A stretch of 24,333 nucleotides of DNA from Ginkgo biloba (GCA_024626585.2 JANKJI020000002.1:109897907-109922239); one strand, 5' to 3'. Shown: positions 1 to 11,420, numbered from the stretch's first letter. The notes: generated by a model from the letters alone, not told the origin. Translations and numbers: made by a program.

Positions 1-149
1 ACCCCTAAAATATTTTATCAATGAAAGGGGTATAACTAATAGATAAAAATTTATGCACATTAGGAAATTGATTATGAATACAACTAGTGTGCTATTTGGG
101 CCTTTTTAATTGCATCATTCATTAATTAGAACCATGAAGAGAATTATAT

Positions 150-1850
150 AACTTATCTTAAATAGTAAGTTGTTGATGAACCATTTGATAACTTCATAAG
201 GTTTTCTATGAATTTTATAATTTTGATATGCCATTCTCTAATTATGGATATGGGTGGTAATATTAGTATAATGNNNNNNNNNNNNNNNNNNNNNNNNNNN
301 NNNNNNNNNNNNNNNNNNNNNNNNNNNNNNNNNNNNNAACATGTATGATAAAACACAAAAGTTATAAATGGATAAATAGTTTAAGTTAATATACCATTTG
401 TCGATATTGGTGATAAGAGACCTAGAAAACAAAGAAGGGTGGATAGAGGGATCAACATAAGAATGATATGATTATCTTGGTCACATAGGAAAATATGACC
501 AAAGGTCCTCTCATTATTTAAAAAAAAATATTATGTAAGCATTAAAATAAATTATGATCAAGATAAGTTTAGAGCTAATGGATACTAATCTTATTTTGTT
601 CAATTTGATATATTCTATATTTCTTTTTCTTATATTATAATAAACAAAGGAAATACATGCATTCATTTACAAAGTCATGCCTTATCTTTCTTTATCTTTA
701 TTCCTCAAATAAATATCAACTTACTATCAATGCTTAGAAATACCTATGCTACTTGGCTTGTTAATGGCTTAAGGTTATTGAATTTTTCTTTTTCTTACAT
801 ATCATTAAAATAATTTTACTTATTTATTGCAATTTTAATTGTCTAACTTTTAGATATTTCATCTTTGAAATCCATAATTGTAATTTTAGGGTTCATAATC
901 CTAAGAAACATCATTCACATAATTTTTCCATGCAATAAATCCATAGATAGTTCATACCTTAGAGGATGAATATAACAAACTATATCACTAGAAATATATC
1001 TTATATATGAATCCACCCATATAAGTTACAAATGATGAAAATTCATCTTTACAATAAATTTATTTGGTAATATGGATCCCTTGAGGATATTGTATATGTA
1101 TAACGAAACAAAACAAAGAGTATTTCAACCAATTTTAGTCCATTTAAAAATTTTATTATCTCCCATGATAAGCAACAATCATGTTTGCTAACATGATTAT
1201 AGTTAGGAATATATATTGCACCAAGTTAGAGGTCTAATTGATAACGTTCTATTCTTAATGTCAAATTAGGTTATTGGTTATTTACAATCATCTCAAAATG
1301 ATGTTACTTCTCTCAACTACTTATGAAAGGAATAATTTCACTCAAAATTTAAAATTTCCAAAGGTAATAGTTTATATTGGACCAAAATGATACTCTTAAA
1401 TGTTTAAAGGTTTGGAATATGATAGTTAAATATTTTATTCTATGTACATTCAAGATATCATGTCATTTTGTATTAATTAGTATTAAAGTAAGTGACCAAG
1501 TCTAAATAGAATTTCTAAAGATTGACACATTACATTACTTACCGTCAAAGCACCCATTTAAATGTGTAGTAATAAATTATACTAATTTACACTTTATATC
1601 AAGTGGTATAATAGTCTTAATTTCCTTTTGGACATCATTATATTTCATTTATTTCTTTACTAAAAGTTTTGTTTATGTGTATTAAATTTGATCTTTAAAT
1701 TAATAAGGGAGGTAGGATTGCCAAATTGACTTCTTTTATGGAAGAATTATAACAATAAAATATTCATAAAATAAATTGGTTAAAGTTCAAATATGAACAT
1801 TCAACATCCATGCCAATCTTAATATAATATATATTAGCCACATTTTAATA
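150..1850 (-). mobile_element. Degenerate L1-clade LINE ORF2 fragment (linker, RT and post-RT region), copy A
   Basis: Manual minus-strand translation gives plant L1 motifs in the correct order despite many stops and frameshifts. These are FFHKK (~1735-1745, cf. T.FFH), IRPLTWCNIY..LAN (~1185-1237, cf. YRPISLCN..YK..LAN), a QG(D)P-like segment (~1070-1085) and LITNIDK (~395-417, cf. I..IDK..RNFLW). The RT core appears internally deleted. Confidence 0.6.
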
Positions 1851-2003
1851 ANNNNNNNNNNNNNNNNNNNNNNNNNNNNNNNNNNNNNNNNNNNNNNNNN
1901 NNNNNNNNNNNNNNNNNNNNNNNNNNNNNNNNNNNNNNNNNNNNNNNNNNNNNNNNNNNNNNNNNNNNNNNNNNNNNNNNNNNNNNNNNNNNNNNNNNNN
2001 NNN

Positions 2004-3000
2004 TAGAAGTCTTGGACAACACTCTATAGATAGAGACATAAGACTCCATCTAGCAATATCCTATTAAGGTTCGTATAGATTCCATCAATAAAAAAACTAT
2101 TTGGAAAGGATTCTACTCCTTCAATTATTTCAATAAATTCTCCTTGGGTTGTAAGTACCTTGAGGTGGTTCAATTAATTTAGCGTATTAATAACACTTTT
2201 TTTCTTATTTGCAATAATTTATCTTCTCTAATTTATAAATCTCTTATCTTTGAAGTATGTAATTTCATTCTTAAAGTGGTAAACATAAATAACATTATTC
2301 AAGTGTTTTATTATGAGATAAATATTTATGTATCTTACATACTCGAGGACAAGCATGCTAACAAATTACATTAGTAGAAAATTTCTCGCAAATAATTCAT
2401 GCAATCATACAAACATTTTGTAGAAAATCATCCATATGACAAAGCATTTTGACATTGTAGGTCACTTTAGAATGCTTTAAATTTGAAACCATATGTAAAA
2501 AGTAATTTTGTAATAAGTTATTGTCCATTTTGACATTTTATTATCTCATAGGACAAATAAAATACCACATCTAATAGTCTAATCGAAGTTAGGACGAGAA
2601 ATTGCACAAAGTTAGAGAAACTACCTTTTTGATTTTAAATTTGGATATCTTAATTTCTATTGAGAGTTATTGTTCATTAAGTATCACCATAAAATAATGT
2701 TGATTTCCTCAATTATTGAGAAAAACATATTTCACTCAAAGTTGAAATCTTGTAAAGGGAAAATAGTGGATCCTATCCATAATATATAGTAATCCATTAC
2801 ATGTTTGGTAGGATCCTATCTAAATTCAACCTTAAATTTAGGTATGTGCAACACATGATGTTTGATGGGATATTAGGAGAAAGTTATGGCCAAGTCAAAT
2901 ACATAACAAGTGGATTATTTATTAATATTTTTATATCACAAATGACTAACCCTCTAAAGAAAGGGAGATGGTAATAACATTATTATGATTCTCAAGATTT
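2004..3000 (-). mobile_element. Degenerate L1-clade LINE ORF2 RT fragment, copy B
   Basis: Minus strand reads SLTLCNS (~2598-2618) and LIEPPQGTYNPRR...EGVESFPNSF..LMES (~2078-2177), compare LINGSPQGFF.PSRGLRQGDPLSPYLF.L.ME. It shows collinear nucleotide similarity to 1140-1510 at an offset of ~1390 bp. Confidence 0.6.
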
Positions 3001-3559
3001 TAAGAAACTATTAATAGTGGTTGAGAAAGCATGATTAGTGGTTAGTTCTTGAGCCTAGTTGGAACTAAAGATGGATATTGATAAACTTTGAATCCTAAGG
3101 TAAAATATTAGTTGGACAATGATGACAATGATGTAAATAAAAAATAAATATAATGAGAATTCAAATCTCAAGAAAAGGTTAAATGTTCATTTTGATATTT
3201 CCTCAAAAGATTTAAGTTAATATCACTAAAATATAGTCCATGAAATTATTGATTAATATAGTCCAATTCCAATAAAAAATATATAAAATAAAATAAATCT
3301 TATAGTAATTTGATCAATAGTGATAAATCTATAAAGAAGAAATGGTTAAATTAATTATACAATATTACAAACACCGTATAGATTTTCCATTGAATTTAAG
3401 NNNNNNNNNNNNNNNNNNNNNNNNNNNNNNNNNNNNNNNNNNNNNNNNNNNNNNNNNNNNNNNNNNNNNNNNNNNNNNNNNNNNNNNNNNNNNNNNNNNN
3501 TGGACAATGATGACAATGATGTAAATAAAAATAAGTCAATGGTTATAAAGGGCGATAAA

Positions 3560-4885
3560 GCTCAACTAAAATTTCAAACAAAAGTGATGATTCCCATACA
3601 AATAATAAATGAGTGGTAATAAAAACTATGACACTAAAAGATAAACAAAGGCCAAAATTATAAAAATGTTGGGATGATACTTATGAAGGTCAAAAGTATG
3701 AGTGTTGGAAATGGTTACCTTAAGTGGAAAATGTCTAAAGAGATAGGTGGGCGAAAAAGGATACTATCAAGGCCAAAAGTGTGGGAGACCATATTAATAG
3801 GTTAGGATAAGGGATTGATAATAGGGGATTAAAGGTTCAATATTGATGGACCAACAAGTTAGAAAGATAGAAAAAAATGGATGTAAATCCAAAAATGGTG
3901 TTACAACACTATCAAAGTTGAATGGAATTAGAGGTTTATTAAGGACACTAAGACAACACAATGATCTACTTGAGTCAAGTTGGTGGATTTAAATGACTAA
4001 AAATCTAATGGATAATTGGCACTTAAAAATTTATTTAGGTTTAAGGTCATGATATGTTTCATAATATATTATTATAATATTTGAAAGGCTTAACATGTAA
4101 GGAGTGTAGGTCTAAAAATATGTATCACTAAAAAATATAAGAAATAAATATTAGATGTGAGAAGAATTGAAGGTACTTGAGATATTCATAAAGAAAGAGG
4201 TATAGGGATTTAATTATATGTATCAAATACAACCTTCAAGAACCAACTCCAAGAAATGGAATTTGATCATTAGTGATGAAATCTAGTATGCATTCAGTTG
4301 AAAATTAGAAAATTCAACTAAAAGGTAGGATCTAATAAGCTAATATGCTAAAATCATATGTGAAAGTGAGTGGATATAGTTAGTAATCTCACATGGAGGT
4401 GTCATACTTTAGATATATGTCGATGCTCCCCTCAAGGTTCCCTAAATACAATAAGAGGTTCTCTTGACAACACTTAAGATAACAAAAAAGATAAGAAANN
4501 NNNNNNNNTTCTTAATAAAATATGAAGAAGGTGGTGTAGGAAAAAAAAATTAGGATGTAATTTTACTACAGAGAGTGCACACAGACCATTGCACTTAAAT
4601 AATCAAGGAAAAATATGTAAACATAATAAATAATAAAATAAGTGCATAAGGAGAGGAGCCCAAAGATGAGTCTTTCCTACAATCATTTTGATCAATAACA
4701 TTGAATTATACCTACAAAATTCTTCAACATATAAACCAACAACAAATCAATTAAGTTAGTTTTCAATCATAATCACCATTACTCAAGCAATAAATATCAC
4801 ATTGATAATAACTAAATATAGAATATCCTTTAAATACACTAAAATAAGACAATAAAATGTTGAATACAAATAAAAACAAAGGAAA
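3560..4885 (-). repeat. Diverged copy 1 of a ~1.3 kb LTR-retrotransposon segment (LTR end plus 5' internal region), direct repeat of 13640-14981
   Basis: Collinear with 13640-14981. Exact shared blocks are 3916-3951 = 13987-14022 (36 nt) and 4745-4788 = 14828-14871 (44 nt). Elsewhere there are many transitions and small indels. Strand is inferred from the putative PBS and TATA orientation in copy 2. Confidence 0.9.
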
Positions 4886-4889
4886 ATGT

Positions 4890-5212
4890 TTAACTATGTT
4901 ATTCTACTAAACTTATATAGTTAACTAAAATCAATTTTATTATTCCTACTATGAGGCAAAATTCATAATCTTTGTAACAATTAACAATTAAAATTCATGA
5001 AGATAGATTCATTCATCACATATCATCAACAAAGAACACATAAATAATCAACACATTCTGATTTAAACATCCTTTCCATTACTTCTAATCAAAATATTTA
5101 TAGATACCACATAAAGCAAGATCATATATTATTCTTCCTAACTCAGGCCAATCCTTTCTTCAATGTAAATTTCTCTCACCCATGGTGAAAAATTACAAAT
5201 GATTAATTTGTA
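4890..5212 (-). mobile_element. Short degenerate LINE RT fragment truncating repeat copy 1
   Basis: Minus strand reads GLS*EE (cf. GLRQGD), then VFFVDDM (~5021-5041, cf. LLFADD) and DYE(F)AS (cf. Y..ASG..IN), in L1 RT order. Confidence 0.5.
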
Positions 5213-5999
5213 NNNNNNNNNNNNNNNNNNNNNNNNNNNNNNNNNNNNNNNNNNNNNNNNNNNNNNNNNNNNNNNNNNNNNNNNNNNNNNNNNNNNNNNN
5301 NNNNNNNNNNNNNNNNNNNNNNNNNNNNNNNNNNNNNNNNNNNNNNNNNNNNNNNNNNNNNNNNNNNNNNNNNNNNNNNNNNNNNNNNNNNNNNNNNNNN
5401 NNNNNNNNNNNNNNNNNNNNNNNNNNNNNNNNNNNNNNNNNNNNNNNNNNNNNNNNNNNNNNNNNNNNNNNNNNNNNNNNNNNNNNNNNNNNNNNNNNNN
5501 NNNNNNNNNNNNNNNNNNNNNNNNNNNNNNNNNNNNNNNNNNNNNNNNNNNNNNNNNNNNNNNNNNNNNNNNNNNNNNNNNNNNNNNNNNNNNNNNNNNN
5601 NNNNNNNNNNNNNNNNNNNNNNNNNNNNNNNNNNNNNNNNNNNNNNNNNNNNNNNNNNNNNNNNNNNNNNNNNNNNNNNNNNNNNNNNNNNNNNNNNNNN
5701 NNNNNNNNNNNNNNNNNNNNNNNNNNNNNNNNNNNNNNNNNNNNNNNNNNNNNNNNNNNNNNNNNNNNNNNNNNNNNNNNNNNNNNNNNNNNNNNNNNNN
5801 NNNNNNNNNNNNNNNNNNNNNNNNNNNNNNNNNNNNNNNNNNNNNNNNNNNNNNNNNNNNNNNNNNNNNNNNNNNNNNNNNNNNNNNNNNNNNNNNNNNN
5901 NNNNNNNNNNNNNNNNNNNNNNTGATTTTAGGCTAACTTTAAGAACTTAGGATTTAATTAATTTAAATGGACTTTTAAGTACTTAGGACATAACCAATC

Positions 6000-7880
6000 C
6001 ATAAACTTTATCATTTATGCATGCCTAGGTTGCATCTCTATGGTGATTTTTCTCATTATGGCCCTGTTCTTAACTACTACCATCTAATCTTTCTAGTAGA
6101 AATCATTCAAGTTCAAAATTTTATTATGTGCATCTTCTATTATATCTGTGCATTGTTATGATTCTTGCATAACATGAATCTTTACAATCATGATATGTTC
6201 TAATCTCAAAATATCATCTTGGGTCCTCTACTCTAACTTCTCTTCATTTTCAATCTTTATAATACTAGAGATCTAAATAATTTGTTTATGATATTGGGCT
6301 AGAATTTCCTTTAAGTATTTTCCTTTCTTTTTATACGAGTCCAATTCTAAATTAACTATTTGAGATACTCTTTCATTAAAGGTTTTTGCTATTGAATGTG
6401 TCATAGCATCTAGTTCCAATTCAAGATACTAAATTTTCATATCTTCATATAATATTTTCTCTTTTCTCTTCCCAATAGGCTCATGGAGTTATGCAACAAT
6501 CATCTTCATATTCACAAGATATTTTCCCTCAAAAATTATAGGTTATCTCCTTTTGAAGGTGTGAATGTTATGATATTCATCACCTACACATATTCAACCT
6601 CATATTTTTTAACCTCCTTATATTGTACCAATGTGTGCACTTATTCCATTTCCTTGTTATTAATCATGATAAATTCTTCTTCTTGGGGTTCCTCCTATAA
6701 CACATGTTATTGTTGTTATTGATTTTCAACACCTTATTTGTGCTCCTATTTTATCTATAAATGACCTTGTACATTTTCTTTCACATCATTCTACACTTAT
6801 TTATTTTCCTCTTACATTCCCAACTTATTAACCTCACATGGATCATCCACATTTATTTTCTTTTCTGGTGGTTCATTACCACCATCATTTACTTTCACTC
6901 CTTGCACCAAATATTGCACATTGGATTGTACCTTTGTATTCTTACTCTTTTCNNNNNNNNNNNNNNNNNNNNNNNNNNNNNATTCCTTATGGGTGTTCCC
7001 TCATCACCCTTATATTTTTAGAGGAGTTATTGAGTGTATCATTGAATGAATTCTTATTATAGAATTCATTCATCTCCTTTGACTTTTATTTCTTGGATCT
7101 TTTTGATTACTTTATTTATGTTTCCTTTGATTTGTAACTCTTAGGTTCCTTATCTTTGTGTGAGCTCTCAGGCTCATTCCTTTGTTCCTAATTCCATTAT
7201 TTTGTANNNNNNNNNNNNNNNNNNNNNNNNNNNNNNNNNNNNNNNNNNNNNNNNNNNNNNNNNNNNNNNNNNNNNNNNNNNNNNNNNNNNNNNNNNNNNN
7301 NNNNNNTCACTTCCTTACGACAATGCACTTCTTCAATTTTTTCTCATTTTCACACTTCAGTTGCTTTCAACTCTTGATAAGTTTAGCCTTGAATTTCTAC
7401 CTTATGCAAACCTTGTATATCATACTTATTAGTTATAATTCTTATTTCTATACTTCTTTTAATATCTTTGCATATATGATTCTCCAAGTACTTCATTTTT
7501 CTATTGATCTGTCACACTTATTTGTATGTTTCTATTCTTTACCCTTAACAATTTTTTTCAACATTCGTTCTTATCCAAATCTATTAATTCTAATTATTCC
7601 TTCATCTAAATCTTTTTACAAATCTATCAATCATAATTATTCCCTTAGAAATAATATCCTTACTATAGTTATATTTAAATCATAATTTTCCTTCAATTAA
7701 AACCTTCTTATTTTTATGAGTTAGGGATGGTTGTCACTGCATCATTACTCTTTACTTAGTACATGATTTATATCTTTATCTAGTAACACCATAATTCCTT
7801 TTGATAATATCTTTTCCTCTAAACTCTTTTTAATCTATTTTGTACTATCTTATACATATTTATAAGTAATTGGTTTCTCC
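6000..7880 (-). pseudogene. Decayed E/K-rich extra ORF downstream of the gypsy integrase
   Basis: The minus strand is strongly purine-rich and translates to charged stretches interrupted by stops, e.g. EKSKNTKVQSNVQYLVQGVKVNDGGNEPPEKKINVDDPCEVNK (~6825-6952) and YQELKATEV*K*EKIEEVH (~7322-7380). It lies immediately 3' of the integrase. Boundaries are approximate. Confidence 0.45.
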
Positions 7881-7889
7881 AATTACTTC

Positions 7890-8856
7890 AATCTCTGAAT
7901 AACTCTAGACAATTACTATTCACTCGCCTTGGCACTANNNNNNNNNNNNNNNNNNNNNNNNNNNNNNNNNNNNNNNNNNNNNNNNNNNNNGAACATAAGG
8001 GCCTAACCATATTGTCTTTAACTTCCCTTTCATGTTCTTATATTTTTTATTATATAGCAAAACCAAATCAACAGGATGAGATCCTCATTCCTTTTATCTC
8101 TATCATGGATTTTATTCATTCTATTTTATACAACTTATTAATTCTAGAGATCCATTGGACTCTTTTCCTCTAACTTATTTAATTGCATTAGCCTTTCCTA
8201 TAGAGAATTTATCTTATCCCATTTTTCTCTTACTATAATTATTAGAATAGGTACTTAGAATTCATTAGCATAACTTCTTCCTATCCATAAAACAATTGGA
8301 AAGGTGTTTGACTAGTTAATTGCTTATAAGTTGTTCTGAAAGCCCATAATACTACATGCAATTTTTTAGTCCTATCCTTGTTGCTAACAACACATATATT
8401 TGTTAACACATCATAAATGATATCACTTTAAGATTCTACCAATCCATTACACATTAAATAGTATTGACTACTCTTCCTATACTAAATCATAAATTAGTTT
8501 ATCATACTTTTAACCACCTTGTTTAGGAAATGTGTCCTTCTATCACTTACAAATTCCACAAGGCATCCAAATTGAACTATGATACATTCATAGATAAAAT
8601 TTATAGTCATTATGGTACCATCATACCTTGTAGTTATTTATTCAACCCATTTATTCATATAGTTTACAACTACATCAATATATCATTCTTATGTCTTCTT
8701 TGTTGGAAGTTTGATAGGAATCATAAAATTAATTCCCCATTTTTAAAAAGGATGTTGTGCCTTGATAATATTAAAAGGCATGAAATCATTCACTATTGGT
8801 TTATAAATTCTCTAATAAACATCACATCTCTTTTTCTAAGAATAATCATATTTGAA
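7890..8856 (-). mobile_element. Ty3/gypsy (Tat/Athila-like, non-chromovirus) integrase pseudogene
   Basis: Minus-strand translation: RCDVY*RIYKP..NDFMP...PF*KWGINFMIPI...YIDVVVNYMNKWVE...FIYECIIVQFGCLVEFVSDRRTHFLN...RKSSQYYLMCNGLVES...WAFRTTYK..TSQTPFQLFYG...KLKTIWLGPYV...RVNSNCL. This covers the end of the HHCC zinc finger, the rve DDE core (first D changed to N) and the GPY/F motif, with multiple stops and a frameshift. Confidence 0.93.
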
Positions 8857-9067
8857 NNNNNNNNNNNNNNNNNNNNNNNNNNNNNNNNNNNNNNNNNNNN
8901 NNNNNNNNNNNNNNNNNNNNNNNNNNNNNNNNNNNNNNNNNNNNNNNNNNNNNNNNTTACATGCGTGAAGGAGAAATTTAAAAGCCAAATTCCATACGAG
9001 ATAATCATTGTGCATGCAGAGGAGTCGCAATCGCAGGAAGTAGTTGCAAACAAATAGGAGGAGAGCT

Positions 9068-10750
9068 ATGATCAGAAGAAGAAGAAACCAAAGGGAGTTG
9101 AAACAAGCAACTCGAAGGTTAATTAAAGCAAACATGAGAAAGAAATCCAAACAACAACCAAAGAAGAAGGTGGCCAACTTCCACATTGAACTTCAGGAAC
9201 CAGAAGAACCTAAATTACATGCCCAATTGCTGGCCTTCTCCACAGGCAATGCTATCCATCAAGCCCTGAAAAGAGAAGAGTTAAGAGGATACTTTGTGCA
9301 ACCCCCCTTAGCCTACAAATGTGGGAGTCTAGCATCAACAATTGGCATGGTAGCCGCCTACCCCGATTTACTGTTAATTACTGAAGCGGCCATTCATGAA
9401 GTAACTAGCTCGCCTTGCAATGGGCCAAAGGTATCAATTACATCTCAGCAAGATCGCAAGGACATAGCTCATGAATACTATAACGATATTTTTGATGGTT
9501 CAACCTCTAAAATATGCATGGAGGGATTACAGGATTCAAAATTGCGTTGGATAAAAAAGTTGATGGTCGTATACTTTAGCTACCAAAAGTATACTCTTAT
9601 GCCAACACAATTATGCTCATCCATCTGAGAGGTAAAGTGTGGAATGCATTACAATTGGTGTGCTCATATACAATTTCGCATATTGGCATTATTGAAGATT
9701 ATCTATGAGGGTCCTAGAATAGCATCATTTTTTTGTCTGACTATTTTCTTGGGACTCCTAATGGCCAAATGCCCAAAGGTAGAATTTCACATCGTTGATG
9801 TCGCCCCTGAATTTCGACGTATTATTGAATGGTCCACACATTTTTCCCAAGGGATAATTCAGGGGGAGGATGTAGTTTTGTTAATGGGAGAAATACATAA
9901 GGCATTATAGTGGTTACTGCTAGGATACGAGGAAAAGCTAGCTATTGTAGCAGAAGAAATTATTATAGAAGTTGATATGGAAGACAAGGAATCGCTCATT
10001 GGCCAAGAGGTGGTCTTGCAAGATTTTTTGGAAGCAGAAGGAAGAAAGGAAAGGCACCAATAGGAGAAGATGTCATCCTAAAAAGTCCACCCCAGAAACC
10101 AACAACAGTTATGAAAGATACGAGGTATAAGGGAGTACATGCTCCGGCAGATAATCAATGCACTTACACATCACTCGACATCATTCCAAAATCAACATGG
10201 GTTGACTCTGTTCTAGACAAGCACATTATGTTGGATTGGAGCGATTGTATAAAGGTATTTGAGGAAGGTTTTGAAAAATAGGATTGAGAGCTCCANNNNN
10301 NNNNNNNNNNNNNNNNNNNNNNNCGGCCAATGTAATCCAAATTTGAGTTTGTGATTTGGTTAGAAAGATCAAAGACCCTGGCCGAGGCATCATAAAAGAG
10401 ACAATGGAGGCCTAGGAACAGGCATGCACGGTTGAAATGAAAAGAAAAATTATCATGGATTTTTGTGATTTGTGGTTGACTAATGTTTCGATTGAGGATG
10501 ATGCATACCAATGCTTTGTAAACAATTTTGAAAAAGATATTATCCCTGGTTTGGAGGAAATCGTCCCCAAGTTAGGAACTTCAATTATGAAATGTGACAG
10601 GGAGCGCTCATAATTATTTGACACTAGGTTATGAACTACGAAAGCCACCAACAAAATGTTGGCTGCCATAAAGTTGGAAGACTCACAAGGGCAAGTGATG
10701 TATTTGGGCAAAGAATGTAGTACATGGCGAGGAAAGTAGAAATGCTAGAA
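9068..10750 (+). pseudogene. Disrupted retrotransposon accessory (extra, 3') ORF of unknown function
   Basis: Track ORFs 9044-9628 and 9644-9910 share a frame and are split by one TGA (9626-9628). The frame continues past TAG 9908-9910 to 10063, and after a frameshift protein-like sequence (KAPIGEDV...) runs to ~10750. The first ATG is at 9068. No gag or pol motifs are present, and the ORF lies just upstream of a polypurine tract. Confidence 0.65.
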
Positions 10751-11061
10751 AAAATCATGTAGAAACATCTAGTTGCAATGCCCAGATTCAAACCATTTGT
10801 TCTTACAAGAAAAAACCATTATGATTTTACAAAAGAATGTTATAAAGGGTGCAGTAGAGGTATCACCTAGAATTATGATTTTACAAGGGTGCGGTTGAGG
10901 GACCACCCAAAATTATAGGCCAAGAACCAACAAAGTTGGGACCCACAACAATTGAAGACAAGGAAAGAAGATAAACCAGTACCACAAACTACAACTAGCT
11001 GCTCATACAACAGGCAGGATTGATGCAACATCCATCATCATGCAGAGTTGATAAAATTGTC

Positions 11062-11076
11062 AAGGGGGGAGAGAAG
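11062..11076 (+). other. Polypurine tract (PPT) of an LTR retrotransposon
   Basis: 15 consecutive purines, AAGGGGGGAGAGAAG, resembling plant retroelement PPTs. It sits at the transition from ORF-like to non-coding sequence. Confidence 0.6.
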
Positions 11077-11420
11077 TTGCAAATTTTAAAATTCTTAGCA
11101 AATATCAAGCATACAAAGTTCTTTTTTAGCGTTCTTGAGCAATGACACTCAAGGTTTGCGGCTGGCGAGATGTATGCTTGATACTTGAACTCTTGGTATT
11201 TTGTACATTGGTCGTAGCATGTTTCAGCTATTGGTTGCAACCAGTTTGCAGTTGTAAGCCGCTTGCAACTGGTCAAGCCGGTCACAACACATCTTCGTCA
11301 CAAGTGATTCATTTAATATAATGTTAAGACATTATTAATTAAAAGATAAGGCAAATTAGTTAGGAATAGTTACAATTAGGTATGTAATCAACTTGCTTAG
11401 TCTTATTTAATAGCATTAAG
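11075..11420 (+). mobile_element. Putative 3' LTR (partial) of the plus-strand element
   Basis: Non-coding sequence directly after the PPT, starting AGTTGCA (possibly a decayed TGTTGCA). It contains palindromic motifs at 11232-11271. The right boundary is not determinable and no partner LTR is seen. Confidence 0.4.

Noticed and set aside
3113-3531. Exact 31-nt direct repeat TGGACAATGATGACAATGATGTAAATAAAAA at 3113-3143 and 3501-3531, superficially like a target-site duplication or CRISPR repeat
   Set aside because: The second copy starts at the first base after a 100-N placeholder gap, and perfect identity in otherwise decayed DNA points to overlapping contig ends. There are only two copies and no spacers or cas genes.
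5199-5936. 245-aa ORF and the other track ORFs containing X runs
   Set aside because: They are open largely or only because N runs contain no stop codons.
6483-7685. Hydrophobic F/L/I/S-rich plus-strand ORFs resembling membrane proteins
   Set aside because: They are antisense shadows of the purine-rich E/K-coding minus strand and have no recognisable domain.
8530-9057. 175-aa plus-strand ORF
   Set aside because: It is antisense to the integrase core and chimeric across an N-gap.
10164-10711. Minus-strand ORFs of 115 and 99 aa
   Set aside because: They are antisense shadows of the disrupted plus-strand accessory ORF.
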